61,383 bases of DNA, from the NCBI GenBank assembly GCA_043822925.1, contig JBDRBF010000023.1, forward strand, positions 1 through 61,383, in the 5' to 3' direction. The notes below the pieces were generated by a model, which was not told the origin of the DNA, ran no database searches, and saw only the letters and a program-made list of their open reading frames with translations. This document shows, one piece after another, positions 29,274 through 38,371 of the stretch. This DNA is from a bacterium (GTDB lineage: Bacteria; Babelota; Babeliae; Babelales; RVW-14). Position numbers and translations under genes: made by a program. Within the stretch, counting starts at the first letter, position 1. Every line of letters begins with the position of its first letter.

Positions 29274-29798
29274 CTATTTAACGATATTTTTTGTTAATTG
29301 GGCTTCTTCTAATCTTTTTAAAATATTATCAATAACTGCATCCAGTGCTTCAGGAGTGCTTGCATTATATTTTATAACATTAGGATGGTCCAGCAAGCGA
29401 TGAAATTTGTTTTGAACAAGCTCTAGTTCATCATATGCAATTATTTGTTCAAAACTCCGCTCTTGATATCTTTTTTTTAAAACTTCAGGAGAAACATGCG
29501 TTAAAATTACAATAAAATGCTCATATACATATTTATTAAGACTTTGTAATTCCCAATCCTGAAAGCTACACCCACCGCGCCAAACATCTGAATACACACA
29601 TTCACTAAAATGTGCTCTATCAAAAACTATTTTATCTGCAAAAATATACTGTCCCATATATCTATCAAATTGATTCACATCTTGATGCCCCAGAGAAGCT
29701 AAATCCCAGCCGAACCAACTTAATTTTGCTTTAAGTGTTTTTATTAACGTTGTTTTGCCTGAGCAATCACAACCTTCTACAATAATACCCTTAATCAT
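29274..29798 (-). CDS. P-loop dNMP kinase-like protein (thymidylate-kinase superfamily)
   Basis: IIVEGCDCSGKTT Walker A and FDRAHFSECVY (DR motif). Confidence 0.8.
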   Translation of the reverse strand: MIKGIIVEGCDCSGKTTLIKTLKAKLSWFGWDLASLGHQDVNQFDRYMGQYIFADKIVFDRAHFSECVYSDVWRGGCSFQDWELQSLNKYVYEHFIVILTHVSPEVLKKRYQERSFEQIIAYDELELVQNKFHRLLDHPNVIKYNASTPEALDAVIDNILKRLEEAQLTKNIVK

Positions 29799-29814
29799 AA
29801 CCCCTCGTCTTAAT

Positions 29815-30366
29815 CTATTCTTTTACTAAACTACCCGGAAGTTTATTCCCAAATAAACCCTTAGGATTATACGCCTGAGGACCAACTCCACCCTGATATT
29901 TTCCAATATATTGGTCAATCTCACCGTAAGATTTAATAAAAACTATCTGGCCAATTTTTTGCCCCGGATATACTTTTACAGGCACCGTCGCTCTAAACTG
30001 TAATGTCCATTGACCCCTATACCCAATATCACCAAGTGGCGCTGTAATATGAACAAATAACCCTAACCGTCCAGTGGAAGACCGCCCACCAATCAAAGGC
30101 ACATGGCAACTACTGCCCATCTCTTCAAGTGTATGTCCCAGGTAAAATTTGCCCGGTTCAAGAACAAAGCCATCGGGAGAGAGTAAAATTTCTTTTATAG
30201 GCGCTTTAAATTGCGTATCTATTACATCCTGAACATCATACATAACAAGACGATCACCAAGTCTAAAATTATACGAATTTGGATTTAATAAATCAGGGTC
30301 GTACGGACTAATCAGAATATTTCCGTTCTTTACTTCGAGATCTATTTGGTTGCCCGTTAAAATCAT
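29815..30366 (-). CDS. dCTP deaminase-like protein (trimeric dUTPase fold), paralogue B
   Basis: MILTG..I, NPNSYNFRLG, GRSSTGRLG, GDIGYRGQWTLQF, GQKIGQIVF, YIGKYQ. Confidence 0.88.
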   Translation of the reverse strand: MILTGNQIDLEVKNGNILISPYDPDLLNPNSYNFRLGDRLVMYDVQDVIDTQFKAPIKEILLSPDGFVLEPGKFYLGHTLEEMGSSCHVPLIGGRSSTGRLGLFVHITAPLGDIGYRGQWTLQFRATVPVKVYPGQKIGQIVFIKSYGEIDQYIGKYQGGVGPQAYNPKGLFGNKLPGSLVKE

Positions 30367-30422
30367 TTTTTTCCTATTATCATCCCAGGCGCGATATGGG
30401 ATCTAAGCCTTATTTTTTCTCT

Positions 30423-30941
30423 TTACTTCCTAAATTCTTTCCACTGTTTGCCAGGCAAACTATGCGGCATATTCTGATAATCACCATTATAAGTAATTGT
30501 ATTCCCCGTAAGTTTCCAAAAAACCATCTGACCAATAAGTTGATACGGATATAACTTAATTCTATGATCTGTTGTTATTTCAAGCGTCCACTGCGTTATT
30601 GCCCCCGAGTGGCCAAGATCAGCCGAAATATGAATAAATATTCCGGTACTTCCAACATCACGCAATGCAAAAATTTGTTGCGCATAATCATGCGCCCCCA
30701 TCACTTCATATGTTTGAGCTAAATATAAAACGCCAGGTTCAAGCACATATCCTGTTTCTGGCATATCTTCAAAACATAAATCTGATGATTGCTTGGAATC
30801 AAGCGGCCCATAAATAGGACTTATTTTATTATTAATTCTGAATTTGTATGAAATTGTACCAAGATTGTTCTTATCGAATGGACTTAACACAATCTGTCCG
30901 GTAGATACGTTTTTTGCGATCTCATTTGCTGTTAAAATCAT
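30423..30941 (-). CDS. dCTP deaminase-like protein, paralogue A
   Basis: MILTA..I, SYKFRI, VLEPGVLYLAQTYE, WTLEI, LIGQMVF, YNGDYQ; the RSS motif is degenerate. Confidence 0.8.
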   Translation of the reverse strand: MILTANEIAKNVSTGQIVLSPFDKNNLGTISYKFRINNKISPIYGPLDSKQSSDLCFEDMPETGYVLEPGVLYLAQTYEVMGAHDYAQQIFALRDVGSTGIFIHISADLGHSGAITQWTLEITTDHRIKLYPYQLIGQMVFWKLTGNTITYNGDYQNMPHSLPGKQWKEFRK

Positions 30942-30959
30942 TTACTGCAATCTCGTCTT

Positions 30960-31027
30960 TTGTCATCCTGAACTCACTTGCACTTCGTAGCCACGTGGGG
31001 ACGAAGTAGTATTTCAGGAACTAAGCC
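30960..31027. repeat. Composite palindromic element
   Basis: ttgtcatcctgaa...ttcaggaactaagcc with cttcgtagcc...cgaag nested in the loop. Confidence 0.75.
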
Positions 31028-31338
31028 TGTTTTTTCTGTTTTATTTTATATACACATATTAATAGTCATTTTTTAGGATTCAAATTTTTACCATAAATAG
31101 GGGTACTTTGCAAGCTGTTTTCAGATGGTATATAAAATATAATTTTTTAAAGATTAATTCTTAAAAAAATTGTATAAAATTTGCTTTAAATTTATATAAA
31201 TTTTGAACGGTCTTTATTTCTTTAATCTTGAATTAACCACCAGCTTTTGTTTAAATTCAAACAAGTAGTAAGTGTACAATTTTCGTATCCTAGTCTTTTG
31301 TGCCCTATCAGTTTGGCCTTGTTTTTTCTGGAGAGAGT

Positions 31339-32459
31339 ATGATGAAGAATGGTGCTTGGAGCTCAAAGCTTCTTCTTGTAATTGTTTTGTTTTTTATGGG
31401 GGGGGGATCTTTACTACCTGTCAGGCAATGCTTGCGCCAGCAAAACCTACGGCTATTATAGGTTATGACAATGAGATTGCAAATACTACGGAAGATCAAG
31501 TACAAGAAGAGTTTGCAAAATATCTTAAAAAAAAAGAATCTGATTTAGGCTTGACCCTCGATTTTGCTAACGAAAAACAGTTTACGACAGAGAAGAAAGC
31601 TGATTTCTTATTTTATCTTACCTATAATTCGATCGCAATAAAAAATGAAGAAAACTTCACCAGGCTAAAAAATACAGCTAATTGTACTGTGGTGATAAAC
31701 GTAACACGCAAAAAAAAAATCGAACCTGATCAAATTACACCTATTATTTCAACTTTAAAAAACACAGATGGTAAAGATCTGCTTACAGCCAAATATTTCA
31801 TTGTCCAATTTGCATATGCTGATTATACATTTTGGAAAGATAATAAGAGTACAACCGATATAAAAGAAAGCGATAGTAACAAGGCGTGGGAAGCGTTAGT
31901 AAAAAAAATCTTGTTAGAAAAAATATCTAATAACCAAAATATAAGTAAATTAACTGAAACAGATTTAACAAATCTGCTAAATTTTGTTACCGCCAATAAT
32001 GGAGATTGTATCCTTCCAGCAATTAACGTAATAAAATATTATTTTGAGCAAAAATTAAACCTGCCGACTGAAAAGAAGACGCAAATTCTTAATATAAAAA
32101 GCGCATTACTCGCAAATGATACAGCTAAGAAAGAAATGTTAAGCACAGTAACCAACGTTACCGTGCTGCCCAAAGAAAAAAGCGACCAACGATACTTACT
32201 CTTTTTATGTAATAATTTATTTGATAAAGGCGATGATTATAAAACTGCAACAAAAAACGCCTACAATATTTTAAAAGAAACAAAAATTGATGATGAAAAA
32301 ATAAAAGAACGATTAAAATTATTTAAAGACAACATAGAAGAACCTGAAGAAACGCCTATGCAAAAACAAATAAACAAATTCTCGGCAGCCCTTGCCCATC
32401 TAAAAGATAAACTTGCAGCGCTTGCCACAAATATGAAACAAGTGAAGGATAAGTTATAA
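31339..32459 (+). pseudogene. Exported protein frameshifted at a G9 tract (phase-variable gene or sequencing error)
   Basis: RBS + ATG 31339 encodes MMKNGAWSSKLLLVIVLFFMGG, out of frame with the long body. G10 or G7 would fuse them into a signal peptide ending TCQA-M. Confidence 0.7.
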
Positions 32460-32468
32460 TCCAAAATA

Positions 32469-32524
32469 AAGCCCCGACTCTTCCCCCCTACGCATAAAGC
32501 AACGGAGGACTATGTCGGGGCTTT
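32469..32524. terminator. Bidirectional terminator with a repeat element in its loop
   Basis: aaagccccgac...gtcggggcttt between convergent genes. Confidence 0.75.
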
Positions 32525-32529
32525 GTTAT

Positions 32530-33456
32530 TTACGCCCGCGGGTGTTTGTCATCATAAATCTTACGTAATTCACTATTTTCTAGATGCGTATAGATTTGTA
32601 CGGTCGATAAGCTTTCGTGCCCCAAAAGCATTTGCAAAGACCTGATATCTGCCCCATTTTTTAGTAAATGGGTCGCCAGCGAATGGCGCAAGCTATGTGG
32701 GGATATATTTTTGAAAATGGCAGCACAGATTAAGATTTTCTTTAAAATCATCCAAAAAGATTGGCGAGAAAGGGCCTTAATATCATTGCTGTAACAAGCG
32801 AAAAATAGATAATTTTTTCGCTTGGCAATATCGTGTAAATCTTTAGGCACAAGCTGGAGATAAACAACATCAAGATATGTGCGTAATAAATCAAGAATAT
32901 TTTTAGGTAACGGGACAATCCGTTCTTTGTTGCCTTTGCCACTGAGTTTAATAAAACTGTCATCGAAACATATCTGATCAGTCGTCATAGAGACCAGCTC
33001 GGTCACGCGCATGCCGGTTGCGTACAGGACATATAACATAACCTTATTACGAAAACCCTTGAGACTCGTGTCTCGATTGGCGGCTAGTAAAAGCCGCTCA
33101 ATCTCCTGTTCAGATAAAAATGATGGTAAGTTCTTTTCACACTTTGGAAAGATAATCCCCTGAGCACAATTAGGCAACGCAAAGTACGACTGCAAATACT
33201 CGAAAAATAACTTAATCGACGATATTTTTCGTGAAACCGTTTTTGATTTTAATTTTTCTTCATATAACTTCTTAATAAACAATAATAAATGCTGTTTTTT
33301 ACATTCATCAATACTCAGGTTTTTTTTCTGCAGGAAAGCCATAAGTTGATCGATATCACTCTTATAAGCCATAAAAGTATTTTTAGACGCTCGTTTTTCA
33401 GCCAAAAGGTGCGCATGAAATTGGGCTACATAATCTATTTTTTGGCTTATCGACAC
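32530..33456 (-). CDS. xerD: Tyrosine recombinase XerD
   Basis: LYATGMRVTEL, GKGNKERIVP, LSRQSFW, SPHSLRHSLATHLL..GADIRSLQMLLGH..LSTVQIYTH, HPRA terminus. Confidence 0.9.
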   Translation of the reverse strand: MSISQKIDYVAQFHAHLLAEKRASKNTFMAYKSDIDQLMAFLQKKNLSIDECKKQHLLLFIKKLYEEKLKSKTVSRKISSIKLFFEYLQSYFALPNCAQGIIFPKCEKNLPSFLSEQEIERLLLAANRDTSLKGFRNKVMLYVLYATGMRVTELVSMTTDQICFDDSFIKLSGKGNKERIVPLPKNILDLLRTYLDVVYLQLVPKDLHDIAKRKNYLFFACYSNDIKALSRQSFWMILKKILICAAIFKNISPHSLRHSLATHLLKNGADIRSLQMLLGHESLSTVQIYTHLENSELRKIYDDKHPRA

Positions 33457-33468
33457 GTTATTTTACTC

Positions 33469-34902
33469 CTAATACGCTTTAGCTACCAAAATATCGTGGC
33501 AACTTTGCTTATCGCAACAAAAACATTTTTTATGTATTTGTTGATCTAAAACACAGCGTATTGTGCCTTTGCTCTCTTTCAATTTTTCTTCACACGCAGC
33601 ATCACCGCACCAGCCAATTTGATACATCCCATTAGCGTCTTCAAGCTTTTGGGCGAAATCCGTAAGCGTTTCAGCCTGGTGCCACTGAGCATCACGCTTA
33701 GCTTTAGCCTGTTCAAAGAGCATTGTATGTATAGTATCTAAAAGAGCTTTAACTGATTCAGTCAGATTATCACAGGAGACAAATTGTTTTTTAAGCGCTT
33801 TATCTTGCTGAGCTCTATTAACCAGTACTACTGAATTTTTCTCAATATCTTTAGGACCGATTTCTAAACGTACCGGGACGCCTTTGAGTTCCCAGTGAAA
33901 GAATTTAGCACCAGGAGTCATTTGTTCGTCTGTATCAATTTCTGCTCTAATATTTTGTGCACATAATTGTGCTTTTATTTCTTCAGCTTTTTTGAGTGTA
34001 ATTTCTTTTTGGTCTTCTGTTTTATAGATTGGAACAATAATAACCTGTATTGGCGCAATTCGTGGGGGCATAATAAGCCCGTTAGCATCCCCATGAACCA
34101 TGATTAATGCGCCGATTAAGCGTGTTGTTGCGCCCCAGCTAGTACAAAATGGAGCTTTGAGTGTGCCGTCTTCATCTTGAAATTGTACCCCAAACGATTC
34201 TGGGAAACTTTGGGCTAAAATATGCGTCGTGCACATTTGCAACGCTTTACCATCTTGCATAAGCCCTTCGACTGTATACGTATGAGTTGCGCCCGCAAAA
34301 CGTTCACTTTCAGATTTTTCACCAGTTATAACTGGGATAGCTAAATAATCTTGGGCAAAGTTTTTATATATTGCAAGCATAGCTTGAGCCATATCAAGCG
34401 CTTCTTGATAGGTTCTGTGAGCCGTATGTCCTTCTTGCCACAAAAACTCGCTCGTGCGCAAAAACGGCCTTGTACGCATTTCCCAACGGACAACGTTGGC
34501 CCACTGATTTATTTTAAGTGGCAAATCACGATACGACTTTATCCAGCGTGCAAACATAGCATATATCATGGTCTCAGATGTTGGACGGATAACGTATGGC
34601 TCTTCAAGCTTTTTACCGCCAGCATGGGTTACCACTGCTACTTCTGGGGCAAAACCTTCTATGTGTTTAGCTTCTTTTTTTAAGAACGCTTCTGGGATTA
34701 ATAATGGGAAATAAGCGTTTTGTGATCCTGTTGCCTTAATTTGTGCATTCAAAACAGTTTGTATTTCTTCCCATAGAGCATATCCATACGGACGAATAAC
34801 AAACGTGCCTTTTGTGGGCGAGACATCGATGAGTTCTGATTCTATTACAACGTCTTGGTACCAGTCGGCAAAATTTTGATTAATATCGGCAAGTTTTTTC
34901 AT
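33469..34902 (-). CDS. proS: Proline-tRNA ligase (archaeal/eukaryote-like type)
   Basis: RPTSET, NQWANVVRWE.RTRPFLRTSEFLWQEGHT, MVHGD..GL, C-terminal AKAY. Confidence 0.97.
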   Translation of the reverse strand: MKKLADINQNFADWYQDVVIESELIDVSPTKGTFVIRPYGYALWEEIQTVLNAQIKATGSQNAYFPLLIPEAFLKKEAKHIEGFAPEVAVVTHAGGKKLEEPYVIRPTSETMIYAMFARWIKSYRDLPLKINQWANVVRWEMRTRPFLRTSEFLWQEGHTAHRTYQEALDMAQAMLAIYKNFAQDYLAIPVITGEKSESERFAGATHTYTVEGLMQDGKALQMCTTHILAQSFPESFGVQFQDEDGTLKAPFCTSWGATTRLIGALIMVHGDANGLIMPPRIAPIQVIIVPIYKTEDQKEITLKKAEEIKAQLCAQNIRAEIDTDEQMTPGAKFFHWELKGVPVRLEIGPKDIEKNSVVLVNRAQQDKALKKQFVSCDNLTESVKALLDTIHTMLFEQAKAKRDAQWHQAETLTDFAQKLEDANGMYQIGWCGDAACEEKLKESKGTIRCVLDQQIHKKCFCCDKQSCHDILVAKAY

Positions 34903-34970
34903 CGATTCCCTTAAGTAATAAAATTATTAACGAACTTGTAAACTTTCTTTTTGCTATTCTGGACTGAGTA

Positions 34971-35003
34971 TTGTCATCCCAGACTTGATCTGGGATCCAA
35001 TCC
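34971..35003. repeat. Palindromic element, minimal copy
   Basis: ttgtcatcccagacttgatctgggatcca is the exact reverse complement of 20268-20296 inside lnt. Confidence 0.85.
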
Positions 35004-35069
35004 ATATATCCTATGATAGACGATAGTATAAAAGAGAACCTATAAATTGTCATCCTGAAAGGGGCCACT

Positions 35070-35663
35070 GTGTCACCAGAAAAAAGTAAACGCGGCAAGA
35101 TTTTTATAGTTTCCTCTCCATCTGGTTGCGGCAAAACAACAATAATTAGAGAGATTATCAGACGCCTTGGCTCTCAATATAAGCTCAACGTTGTCATAAC
35201 CTATACTTCCAGGCAGCCAAGACCTGGGGAAATAAACGGGCAAGATTACTTTTTTGTCTCACGTCAGGAATTTGAACAAAAGAAACAAGACAACTTCTTT
35301 CTTGAAACAACTGAATTTAATAACAACCTGTACGGCTCACCTGCCCACATCTTAGAAGAACTTAGAACAGGCCAGTCGTTTATATTTGTGATAGAGCAAG
35401 AAGGCGCACAGAGCTTACTTAAAAAAATAAAAAATCCCGTACTGATCTGGATCGCCCCGCCAAGCATACAGGCTCTCAAAGAACGTATTTTAAAACGCAA
35501 TTCAGAAACCCCTGAAAACATCGAAAATCGTTTAAAAATAGCCGAACGTGAAATAGCATTCGCTCAAAATTCACACATTTTTAACTATACAATCGTTAAT
35601 GATGCTCTCGAAATGGCGATACAAGAGGTTGCGAGGATAATTACATCAAGCATCCAGCATTAA
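35070..35663 (+). CDS. gmk: Guanylate kinase
   Basis: SSPSGCGKTT, YTSRQPRPGEINGQDYFF, NLYGS, IVND. Confidence 0.96.
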   Translation: MSPEKSKRGKIFIVSSPSGCGKTTIIREIIRRLGSQYKLNVVITYTSRQPRPGEINGQDYFFVSRQEFEQKKQDNFFLETTEFNNNLYGSPAHILEELRTGQSFIFVIEQEGAQSLLKKIKNPVLIWIAPPSIQALKERILKRNSETPENIENRLKIAEREIAFAQNSHIFNYTIVNDALEMAIQEVARIITSSIQH

Positions 35664-36069
35664 CAAAAAAACAGGAATCCAAAAACATACGGGCTTTTTC
35701 AAGCCCTTCTTGACGCACTGTATCTAAATTGCCTATGGTTAAAACCATAGGCTGATAACAAATATCAGGCGATTACGCCTGAGCACCAGAGCCATGCATT
35801 ATTTCCAGATCATCAGGCGTTTACGCCTGAAACTCTTTTACGAGCCTAGTATTTTAACACTAGGCATAAAATTGAATGTCTGAATCTACGATAAAAACAT
35901 ATAAAAACGCCAAAAAACACACTTTTATTGACCCTGGCAAGCTTTTCTCGCTTGACCAATTGCCTTAAATACGCTAATCTTGTTTCTATGTGCAATTAAT
36001 TGCATTGTTTTTATGTTCTAAAAAATGGAGTCCTGATAATTATTAATTGTCCTAAAATGGAGAAGATTT

Positions 36070-38157
36070 ATGAAAAAGAATCTAAGAATATTTGCACTCA
36101 GTACCGCACTTGTTCTTGGCCTAGGAATCACCCATAACATTTTTGCCATGGAAAAAGAAAAAAACAAAGTAAAAGAACAGCAAACAGAAAACGTTTTTGA
36201 AAAAATTTCTCACGACGTATTTAGTACCATTTTTTCAGATCACTTTAATAGACACGAGCTCGAAGACTTACGGCTTGTAAACAAAAAAAGCTTTAAAGCG
36301 ACTATAGATAACGAATACAACAACGCTTACACAAAAATAACCTATGCACCTCTCAACCACATTTATTTCAAAAACCTACTCAGCATTGCAACGTCTGATG
36401 TTATTTCCGATATAAACACCATTGATTTTACCAAACCACTAACGCCATTAACAGACCATGATAAAATAAAAATAGAAGATAATCTTGAAGCCATTTATAA
36501 CGAAAGCAACAAAGACAAAGCTCTTATATTGAGAGACCAATTTCGTAATACTTTTTCAGTAGCACAAAGGCTGCAATATTTTGAAAACAACGAAACCTGC
36601 GCACAATACCTTAAACATAAACTCAATAATCAAATACCATATTTTTTGTTACAAACCTTACAGGAAGCTAGCACCATAGCTTTTCACCCAAAGAACGGCA
36701 ACATAATCGTTGTGCACAGGAATGATTCGGCAATAATATATGACCAAAATGGCAAAAACCCTCAACAACTTGCTACAAATGTTAGAGACATACTTTTTCA
36801 CCTAAAAAACGACAATATAATCGTTGTGAACACTAATAGTGAGGCAATAATCTATGACCAAAATGGCCAAAACCCTCAAACATTTGCTACAAATGTTAGC
36901 TTCCTTGATCCAATCTTTTTTCACCCAAAGAGCGGCAACATAATCGTTGTGCACAGGAATGATTCGGCAACAATATATAACCAAAACGGCAAAAACCCTC
37001 AAACATTTGCTATAAATGTTAGAGACATACTTTTTCACCTAAAAAACGACAATATAATCGTTGTGAACACTAATAGTGAGGCAATAATCTATGACCAAAA
37101 TGGCCAAAACCCTAAAGTATTTGCAAATATTAAAAACATATTTTCTCACCCAAAAAACGACAATATAATCGTTGTGAACAATAATTGTGAGGCAATAATA
37201 TATGACCCAAAAAGCAAAAACCCTAACCAATTTGCTACAAATGTTCTTCGCAGAATATTTTTTTACCCAACTAACGACAATATAAATGGTCTCGTAAAAT
37301 TTTTTCACCCAACTAACGACAATATAAATGGTCTCGGAATAATTTTTCACCCAACTAACGGCAAAATTATTGTTCTGAACAATAATTTTAAGGCAATAAT
37401 CTATGACCAAAACGGCAAAAACCCTAACCAATTTGCTACAAATGTTCGCTTGCTTAATCCAAATGGTTTCGGAATATTTTTTCACCCAACTAACGGCAAT
37501 ATAATCGTTGTGCACGGGGATGATTTGGCAACAATATATGACCAAAACGGCAAAAACCCTAACCAATTTGCTACAAATGTTTACAACATATTTTTTCACC
37601 CAAAGAGCGGCAACATAAATGATCTCGGAATATTTTTTCACCCAACTAACGGCAAAATTATTGTTCTGAACAATAATTTTAAGGCAATAATCTATGACCA
37701 AAACGGCAAAAACCCTAACCAATTTGCTACAAATGTTCTCGGAATATTTTTTCACCCAACTAACGGCAATATAATCGTTGTGAACAATAATTATTGTGAG
37801 GCAATAATATATGACCAAAATGGCCAAAACCCTCAACAACTTGCTACAAATGTTCGCAGAATATTTTTTCACCCAACTAATGGCAACATAATCGTTCACC
37901 ACTCTAATGGCAACGTAGAAATAAAAAGTAATAATTATGCCGAGACACTAGTGAAAACCGTACTTGTTGCCAAATTGTTTAACCAGAAAAGCCGAAACCA
38001 GAAAATACAGTTGCATAGAGATTGGCTAAATATTTTTAAGAACCTGCCAGACTTCGTGCAAAAAGAACTTCAAACAGTAGTTGAAGAAACAGCAGTTGAA
38101 GAAACAACAGGTGAAGAATTTTCAGAAGATCTTTGGCCTTATTGCCAAATTCTCTAA
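36070..38157 (+). CDS. Exported repeat protein: signal peptide, F-box-like motif, beta-propeller repeats, C-terminal CaaX
   Basis: Leader ending IFA-M; FEKISHDVFSTIFSDHFNRHELEDLRLVNK; about 10 copies of FHPxxGNIIVVxxxxxAIIYDQNGxNPxxxATNV; ends CQIL. Confidence 0.85.
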   Translation: MKKNLRIFALSTALVLGLGITHNIFAMEKEKNKVKEQQTENVFEKISHDVFSTIFSDHFNRHELEDLRLVNKKSFKATIDNEYNNAYTKITYAPLNHIYFKNLLSIATSDVISDINTIDFTKPLTPLTDHDKIKIEDNLEAIYNESNKDKALILRDQFRNTFSVAQRLQYFENNETCAQYLKHKLNNQIPYFLLQTLQEASTIAFHPKNGNIIVVHRNDSAIIYDQNGKNPQQLATNVRDILFHLKNDNIIVVNTNSEAIIYDQNGQNPQTFATNVSFLDPIFFHPKSGNIIVVHRNDSATIYNQNGKNPQTFAINVRDILFHLKNDNIIVVNTNSEAIIYDQNGQNPKVFANIKNIFSHPKNDNIIVVNNNCEAIIYDPKSKNPNQFATNVLRRIFFYPTNDNINGLVKFFHPTNDNINGLGIIFHPTNGKIIVLNNNFKAIIYDQNGKNPNQFATNVRLLNPNGFGIFFHPTNGNIIVVHGDDLATIYDQNGKNPNQFATNVYNIFFHPKSGNINDLGIFFHPTNGKIIVLNNNFKAIIYDQNGKNPNQFATNVLGIFFHPTNGNIIVVNNNYCEAIIYDQNGQNPQQLATNVRRIFFHPTNGNIIVHHSNGNVEIKSNNYAETLVKTVLVAKLFNQKSRNQKIQLHRDWLNIFKNLPDFVQKELQTVVEETAVEETTGEEFSEDLWPYCQIL
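36682..37920 (+). repeat. Intragenic tandem repeats (about 38-41 codons each, plus 14-codon partial units)
   Basis: Near-identical DNA units such as ttttcacccaactaacggc and tatgaccaaaacggcaaaaaccct recur throughout. Confidence 0.95.
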
Positions 38158-38290
38158 CCTGAAAAGCCGAAACCAGAAAATACAGTTGCATAGAGATTGG
38201 CTAAATATTTTTAAGAACCTGCCAGACTTCGTGCAAAAAGAACTTCAAACAGCAGTTGAAGAAACAGCAGTTGAAGAAATTTCAGAAAAT
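37967..38290 (+). repeat. Direct duplication of the 3' end of the repeat-protein gene (175-bp period)
   Basis: ttgccaaatt...gaaaagccgaaaccagaaaatacag...gcagttgaagaaa begins at both 37967 and 38142. Confidence 0.93.
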
Positions 38291-38304
38291 AACCTATAAA
38301 TATT

Positions 38305-38346
38305 AAAGTCCCACGAAGTATACTTTCGTATATCTCGTGGGACTTT
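38305..38346. terminator. Bidirectional terminator
   Basis: aaagtcccacga...tcgtgggacttt between convergent genes. Confidence 0.8.
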
Positions 38347-38371
38347 GTTTTCGAACGCATAAAGCTTAAAC

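Noticed and set aside
31272-31338. GTG start given in the ORF track for the 395-aa protein
   Set aside because: No RBS and an implausible N-terminus; ATG 31339 with an RBS and signal peptide in another frame fits better.
36802-37902. Long minus-strand ORFs (78 and 287 aa) with repeats
   Set aside because: Antisense shadows of the repetitive propeller gene; no RBS or independent features.
36682-37920. Possible CRISPR array
   Set aside because: The repeats are in-frame coding units without unique spacers, and there are no cas genes. The same applies to 60935-61276.
37967-38290. Possible DGR template/variable repeat pair
   Set aside because: The copies are almost identical without adenine-specific substitutions, and no reverse transcriptase is in the window.
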